Below the pieces are notes generated by a model. It was not told the origin of the DNA. It did no database searches and saw only the letters and a list, made by a program, of their open reading frames with translations. Position numbers and translations under genes: made by a program. Source: a virus. From it: a stretch of DNA of 34,650 bases. This document shows positions 30,582 to 34,650 of this stretch, in pieces (position 1 is the stretch's first letter; the number at the start of each line of letters is the position of its first letter). Where the stretch lies: IMG/VR virus record IMGVR_UViG_3300005747_000265. One strand, written 5' to 3'.

Positions 30582-31271
30582 ATGACAGAAGAGAAAAAAT
30601 TAAACTATTTTGAAGAGTTAAACAATATTAATGTTCAAGACAAAATAGAAAAAAAGAACAATCTATCGTATTTATCATGGGCGTTCGCATGGGAGCAGTT
30701 AAAAATTAAGCATCCTAAAGCAAAATATAAAGTCTATGAGAGAGAGAACGGAATAAATTATTGGACGGACGATAGAACAGCATGGGTTAAAGTATCTGTC
30801 ACGGTTGACGATATAGAACATATAGAGTATTTGCCAATTATGGATTATAGAAATAAATCAATTCCAGTTAATCAAGTCAGTTCTTTTAATGTTAATACAT
30901 CTATTCAAAGAGCAATAACAAAGGCGATCGCACGACACGGACTAGGTTTATATATCTATGCTGGCGAAGATATACCCTCAGCGGAAAAAGATGATATTTT
31001 AGAAGAGGAAAAGAAAGAAAAAAAAGAAAAGCAAATTACTAAAAAACTTAGTAAAGTTTTTGATGATGATATGAAGCAGGTTATGCAAGATGTTAATAAA
31101 AACACGGCAGAAGAAATAAAAAATGCAATTAGCGAGTGTAAATCAAGAGATGCAGTTGATGAGAAATATCTAGAATATAAATCAGATATGACAAAATTAT
31201 ATAAATATAATACATCTTTATTTAACGAAGTTAAAGAATTTAAAGAAAATATTAAATCTTTATTACAATAA
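30582..31271 (+). CDS. Rad52-like single-strand annealing protein (Sak/DUF1071 type)
   Basis: LSYLSWAFAWEQLK...YLPIMDYRNKSI...IQRAITKAIARHGLGLYIYAGEDIP matches the DUF1071/Sak signature (from memory). Confidence 0.6.
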   Translation: MTEEKKLNYFEELNNINVQDKIEKKNNLSYLSWAFAWEQLKIKHPKAKYKVYERENGINYWTDDRTAWVKVSVTVDDIEHIEYLPIMDYRNKSIPVNQVSSFNVNTSIQRAITKAIARHGLGLYIYAGEDIPSAEKDDILEEEKKEKKEKQITKKLSKVFDDDMKQVMQDVNKNTAEEIKNAISECKSRDAVDEKYLEYKSDMTKLYKYNTSLFNEVKEFKENIKSLLQ

Positions 31272-31272
31272 T

Positions 31273-31455
31273 ATGATAGTAAATTATTTTAAATCAAAAT
31301 CGGATCTTTTAGAAGAGATTGACATATTAAAAACAAAACTCCTAATTAATAAAAATTTGGTTGGTAGGTTTGAAGATTGTTATGAGAATAAAAAAACTAT
31401 TCCAACAAAAACCACTAGAAAATTTATTAAAAACTTAAAATCACAATTAAGATGA
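31273..31455 (+). CDS. hypothetical protein (60 aa)
   Basis: Tightly packed ORF. Confidence 0.4.
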   Translation: MIVNYFKSKSDLLEEIDILKTKLLINKNLVGRFEDCYENKKTIPTKTTRKFIKNLKSQLR

Positions 31456-31691
31456 ACTCAAAAGAAATTAATAAAATTCTCGGCAGCAATATAAAAGAAA
31501 TAAGAAAAAAACATAAAAAGACTAGAAGAGAAATAGCGAAAAATCTTAATGTTAGTACAAAAAGTGTTGAGCAATGGGAGCGGGGTGAGGTAATGATAAA
31601 ATTTTCTTGGATAGTTTTAATTGCCAACATTTTAAAAATTTGTGTTACTGATTTAATACCTAACCAACTAAAATTAAAACATGAACTATAA
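31452..31691 (+). CDS. XRE-family HTH transcriptional regulator
   Basis: LGSNIKEIRKKHKKTRREIAKNLNVSTKSVEQWERGE is a classic Cro/CI-type HTH. Confidence 0.7.
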   Translation: MNSKEINKILGSNIKEIRKKHKKTRREIAKNLNVSTKSVEQWERGEVMIKFSWIVLIANILKICVTDLIPNQLKLKHEL

Positions 31692-32181
31692 GTCTATAAT
31701 AGAAAATATAAAATTTTCTAAATATCAATTTAGATATATTGAAATTCGAGGAATAAAACAGTATGATAAAAATTGTGATTTTGAGAAAAATTTTGCAGTT
31801 ATAAAAAATCACTTTAAAAAATTATTAGAAAATAGTAAAGGTGATTTATATTTACAAATTTCTTCTAGTAAAAAAACATTGCCGCAGCTAAGAGCTTTTT
31901 ATGAAGCTAGGAAGCAGTTGTTACCGCAGTATAATGCAAAACAGGAAGAGTTGGGCGACATGATATTTAATAAAGATGAATTCAAATTTATTCTTAAATT
32001 TGCTGGTGGTTGGTATAAAGAAATTAAGAATAAAAATGACGATGTAATACCTATAGAGAAAAGTTTTAAAGGTATTACTAAGGATGAAATGACACTAGTT
32101 TTAAAAAAAATTGATCGGTGGTCAATGATGAGGGGCTTTTCACTGTCTATTGATAAAGAATTGATGGATTTAATTAAATAA
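31681..32181 (+). CDS. NinB/Orf-like recombination mediator (weak)
   Basis: KTLPQLRAFYEA aligns by eye with lambda NinB RSLDQNRKLWA. SFKGITKDEMTLVLKKIDRWSMMRGFSLS aligns with STSRMRVGEFAELLELIQAFGTERGVKWS. Confidence 0.4.
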   Translation: MNYKSIIENIKFSKYQFRYIEIRGIKQYDKNCDFEKNFAVIKNHFKKLLENSKGDLYLQISSSKKTLPQLRAFYEARKQLLPQYNAKQEELGDMIFNKDEFKFILKFAGGWYKEIKNKNDDVIPIEKSFKGITKDEMTLVLKKIDRWSMMRGFSLSIDKELMDLIK

Positions 32182-32183
32182 TT

Positions 32184-32519
32184 ATGAGAAAAGCAAAGAT
32201 AATAATAATACTTATAGCAATAAGTTTAAGTGGTTGTATGCAAGATGAGTCAGGAGTAGAAATACCAGGAGGTTATTGGTGTAAAAGATTTAACAAAATA
32301 TATGATTTCGGTTTTATAAGGAATAGCGGTGATTTATGTTTTAATAAATCTTATTTATATAAGATTAGTTGTGATACAGAAGCAAGAGCAAAGTTTATTA
32401 TAGATTGTGCTAGAGCTGCGAATCCAATGAGCGATGAAGAAGGGGAGGATTTAGTGAAGGAATGCGGGAGGCAGTCAGAAATGTTTTGTGTAAACGAATA
32501 TTTTACAGAATTTAATTAA
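32184..32519 (+). CDS. lipoprotein (111 aa)
   Basis: Signal peptide with the lipobox LSGC (MRKAKIIIILIAISLSGC). The mature part is Cys-rich. Confidence 0.7.
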   Translation: MRKAKIIIILIAISLSGCMQDESGVEIPGGYWCKRFNKIYDFGFIRNSGDLCFNKSYLYKISCDTEARAKFIIDCARAANPMSDEEGEDLVKECGRQSEMFCVNEYFTEFN

Positions 32520-32535
32520 ATAAAATCAAAAGACA

Positions 32536-33162
32536 ATGAATATACCATTTAAAGTAAAACTACTAACAGATACAGCAAAAGCACCCGCTAAGGAGAATCA
32601 GGGAGATTTATGGGACATATATGCTGATGATTTTAGTTTTAATCATTTAAAAGATAGAAATTTTACTATGTATAAATCGGCAGATGGCAAGTATGTGGAT
32701 TTATGTCCTATGGGACGAGTCCTTGTGAAAACAGGAATTAGCCTTGAGTTGCCTAAGCAATATCAAGTTAGTGTCACTAATACATCAAAACTATGTGATA
32801 AGTGGTTTTTAGTTAGTGTCACTAATACATCAAAACTATGTGATAAGTGGTTTTTTAAAGAGCCTAAATCTGATATTGGATTCTTCAACTTAAAATCTTA
32901 TGCAGTAGCTGATTTACGCCCACGCTCTGGACTCGCTTTAAAACATGGAATTACAGTTTTAAACTCACCTGCAACAATAGATAATTTATATAGAAAAGAA
33001 ATAGGAGTTATTCTATATAATGCAGGACACGAACCTTACACTATTACAAAAGGGGATAAAATCGCTCAAATGCTAATAAGACCACTATATCCAAGTAAAA
33101 TGGAAATAGTGAAAAGTATTGAGGACACTCAAAGGGGTGGTTATGGCTCAACAGGTAAATAA
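32536..33162 (+). CDS. dut: trimeric-type dUTPase with a ~50-aa insertion
   Basis: Motifs RPRSGLALKHGI (II), ATIDNLYRKEIGVIL (III), GDKIAQM (IV) and RGGYGSTGK (V). An insertion precedes motif II. Confidence 0.8.
   Translation: MNIPFKVKLLTDTAKAPAKENQGDLWDIYADDFSFNHLKDRNFTMYKSADGKYVDLCPMGRVLVKTGISLELPKQYQVSVTNTSKLCDKWFLVSVTNTSKLCDKWFFKEPKSDIGFFNLKSYAVADLRPRSGLALKHGITVLNSPATIDNLYRKEIGVILYNAGHEPYTITKGDKIAQMLIRPLYPSKMEIVKSIEDTQRGGYGSTGK
32766..32855 (+). repeat. perfect 2 x 45-bp tandem duplication inside dut
   Basis: agttagtgtcactaatacatcaaaactatgtgataagtggttttt occurs at 32766..32810 and again at 32811..32855. It encodes VSVTNTSKLCDKWF(L/F) twice. Confidence 0.9.
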
Positions 33163-33168
33163 ATAATT

Positions 33169-33540
33169 ATGAGAAAACGATTAAAATATAGAAATATACC
33201 TATAACAGTTAATGGTATAAAATTTGACTCTAAAGCTGAATATAAAAGATTTGTAGAATTAGAATTACTGCAAAAAGCAGGAAAAATATCTAATCTTCAG
33301 ATGCAAAAAGATTTTGAATTGCAACCGTCTTTTCAAGATAATCAAGGTGAAAAAAGGAGATCAATAAAATATATTGCTGATTTTGTTTATAAAGAAAATG
33401 GAGCCATTATTGTAGAAGATTTAAAAAGTAAAATTACTGCTAAAGATTCTACATACATAATAAAGAAAAAAATGTTGCTATGGCTTTTTAAAAGAGAGGA
33501 GGAATATGTTAATTATCAATTTAAAGAAGTAATAAAATGA
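33169..33540 (+). CDS. DUF1064 protein (RecU/resolvase-like PD-(D/E)XK nuclease candidate)
   Basis: NGIKFDSKAEYKRFVELELLQKAGKISNLQMQ...YIADFVY...VEDLKSK fits the DUF1064 pattern (from memory). Confidence 0.6.
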   Translation: MRKRLKYRNIPITVNGIKFDSKAEYKRFVELELLQKAGKISNLQMQKDFELQPSFQDNQGEKRRSIKYIADFVYKENGAIIVEDLKSKITAKDSTYIIKKKMLLWLFKREEEYVNYQFKEVIK

Positions 33541-34650
33541 AAATATTAAGTTTATTTGATGGAGTTTCAGGCTGTAGGCAAGCATTGAAAGAATTAAATA
33601 TTGATTGCCAATATTATGCTAGTGAGATTGATAAATATGCTATACAAGTTGCTAAGGCTAATCATTCTGATATTGTGCATATTGGAGATGTTAAACAAGT
33701 TAAATCTGATAAATATAGCCTTGGATGGGTAGAGGGTGAAAAAAGGTGTAGATTAAGTTTTAAGAAAAAAAGTTATAACGGATTTGATCTTTTAATAGGC
33801 GGAAGTCCTTGCCAAGATTTATCTATTGCTAAAAAAGATCGAAAAGGATTACAGGGTGATAGATCAAGTCTATTTTATGAATATCTGAGGATATTAAATG
33901 AAGTGAAGCCTAAGTATTTTATACTTGAGAATGTTTATTCAATGGGTAAAGAAAATGCCAAAATAATAAGTAAAGAATTATTTGATATAGAGCCTATAAT
34001 GATTAATAGTGCTTTATTAACTGCTCAAAACAGGAAAAGATTATATTGGGTTGGTAAGTTGGTTGATGGCAAGTATGAACAAGTGAAGATAGAACAACCA
34101 GAAGATCAAGAAATTTACCTCAAAGACATAGTTGAAGAAAATGTTGATGAAAAATATTATATTAGTGAAAAAGCCTTAAAAACATATACTAAAAATAACA
34201 AAGTAAAAAACCTAAAAAAACTAGATGAAAAAAGTATCTGCCTTACTGCCACAACCCATAAGGGTTTTGGAAATGATGGTTGTACAGTTATCAAAGTAGG
34301 ACACTTTAACAAAGGGGGGCAAGGGGACAGAATATATTCAGTTGATGGTAAAAGTGTTTGCCTCTCTGCTAATGGTGGAGGTAGAGGTGCTAAAACAGGT
34401 CTATACGCCATAGCACAAAGGGGCAGAAATATCGTAGATAGTAGAAGAAAAGATATAAAAGGAGCTAAAACAGAGCAACGATTTGAGACAAGCTATTCAG
34501 AAAAAGCTAATACCTTAACCACCGTTCAAAAAGATAGTATGCTTTTAGAAGATTACAGAATAAGAAAACTAACCCCTACCGAATGTTGCAGGCTTCAAGG
34601 CTTCCCTGATGATTATGTTTCTATGGTTAGCAATACGCAAGGCTACAAAG
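33537..34650 (+). CDS. DNA (cytosine-5)-methyltransferase (runs off the window end; continues at 1..110)
   Basis: Hand translation shows motif I LSLFDGVSG, IV GGSPCQDLS, VI FILENV and VIII QNRKR, with no stop up to 34650. The ATG overlaps the preceding stop (ATGA). It is absent from the ORF track because no stop lies within the window. Confidence 0.9.
   Translation, partial: MKILSLFDGVSGCRQALKELNIDCQYYASEIDKYAIQVAKANHSDIVHIGDVKQVKSDKYSLGWVEGEKRCRLSFKKKSYNGFDLLIGGSPCQDLSIAKKDRKGLQGDRSSLFYEYLRILNEVKPKYFILENVYSMGKENAKIISKELFDIEPIMINSALLTAQNRKRLYWVGKLVDGKYEQVKIEQPEDQEIYLKDIVEENVDEKYYISEKALKTYTKNNKVKNLKKLDEKSICLTATTHKGFGNDGCTVIKVGHFNKGGQGDRIYSVDGKSVCLSANGGGRGAKTGLYAIAQRGRNIVDSRRKDIKGAKTEQRFETSYSEKANTLTTVQKDSMLLEDYRIRKLTPTECCRLQGFPDDYVSMVSNTQGYK
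34600..34650. repeat. Terminal direct repeat copy 2 (circular-assembly overlap)
   Basis: Identical to 1..51. Confidence 0.9.

Noticed and set aside
31427-31630. - strand ORF of 67 aa
   Set aside because: It is antisense to the XRE regulator, which has a clear HTH.
31452-31691. The XRE regulator as evidence for a temperate lifestyle
   Set aside because: No integrase, excisionase, attachment site or CI-type long repressor was recognisable. Small Cro-like regulators also occur in lytic phages.
34157-34411. - strand ORF of 84 aa
   Set aside because: It is antisense to the C5-methyltransferase ORF, whose motifs I to X are intact on the + strand.

Overview
The window is a complete phage genome. 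Bases 1-51 are identical to 34600-34650, so the contig closes into a 34,599-bp circle. The junction falls inside a C5 DNA methyltransferase gene, so this is an assembly or permutation overlap, not a physical terminal repeat. The genome is strongly AT-rich and almost gap-free. Two divergent transcription blocks start in a repeat-rich control region (29218-30388).

Leftward (- strand):
- Early replication and recombination genes: a replisome-organizer-like protein, YopX, an SSB with a DDDIPF tail, a small HTH protein, and a protein with Cys at every third residue for ~58 triplets.
- A podovirus-type late block in T7-like order: TerS, TerL, portal, scaffold, major capsid, adaptor/tubular A- and B-like proteins, three internal virion proteins, two small lysine-rich proteins and two tail fibers.
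- A long envelope/lysis block: a GTA-type 3TM holin, several signal-peptide or TM proteins, a YiiX-like amidase and an M15 endolysin.

Rightward (+ strand):
- A Rad52/Sak-like annealase, an XRE regulator, a NinB-like protein and a lipoprotein.
- A dUTPase with a perfect 45-bp tandem duplication and a DUF1064 resolvase-like nuclease.
- A C5-MTase, a Ref-like HNH nuclease, and a D12 N6A-MTase carrying a 9-bp x 8 repeat.

I recognised no tRNA, rRNA, CRISPR, integrase, DNA polymerase, helicase/primase or RNA polymerase.

Regulatory signals readable by eye:
- Six near-consensus sigma70-type promoters.
- A conserved GTAATTAAC leader box.
- A 16-bp motif present four times, exactly, before late genes.
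- GC-rich hairpins flanking the gene after the capsid gene.

Genome size, AT-richness, gene order and the alphaproteobacterial GTA-type holin are compatible with a marine HTVC010P-like (SAR11) podovirus. That is inference only. All functional calls rest on motifs recognised by eye in the supplied translations; no searches were run.
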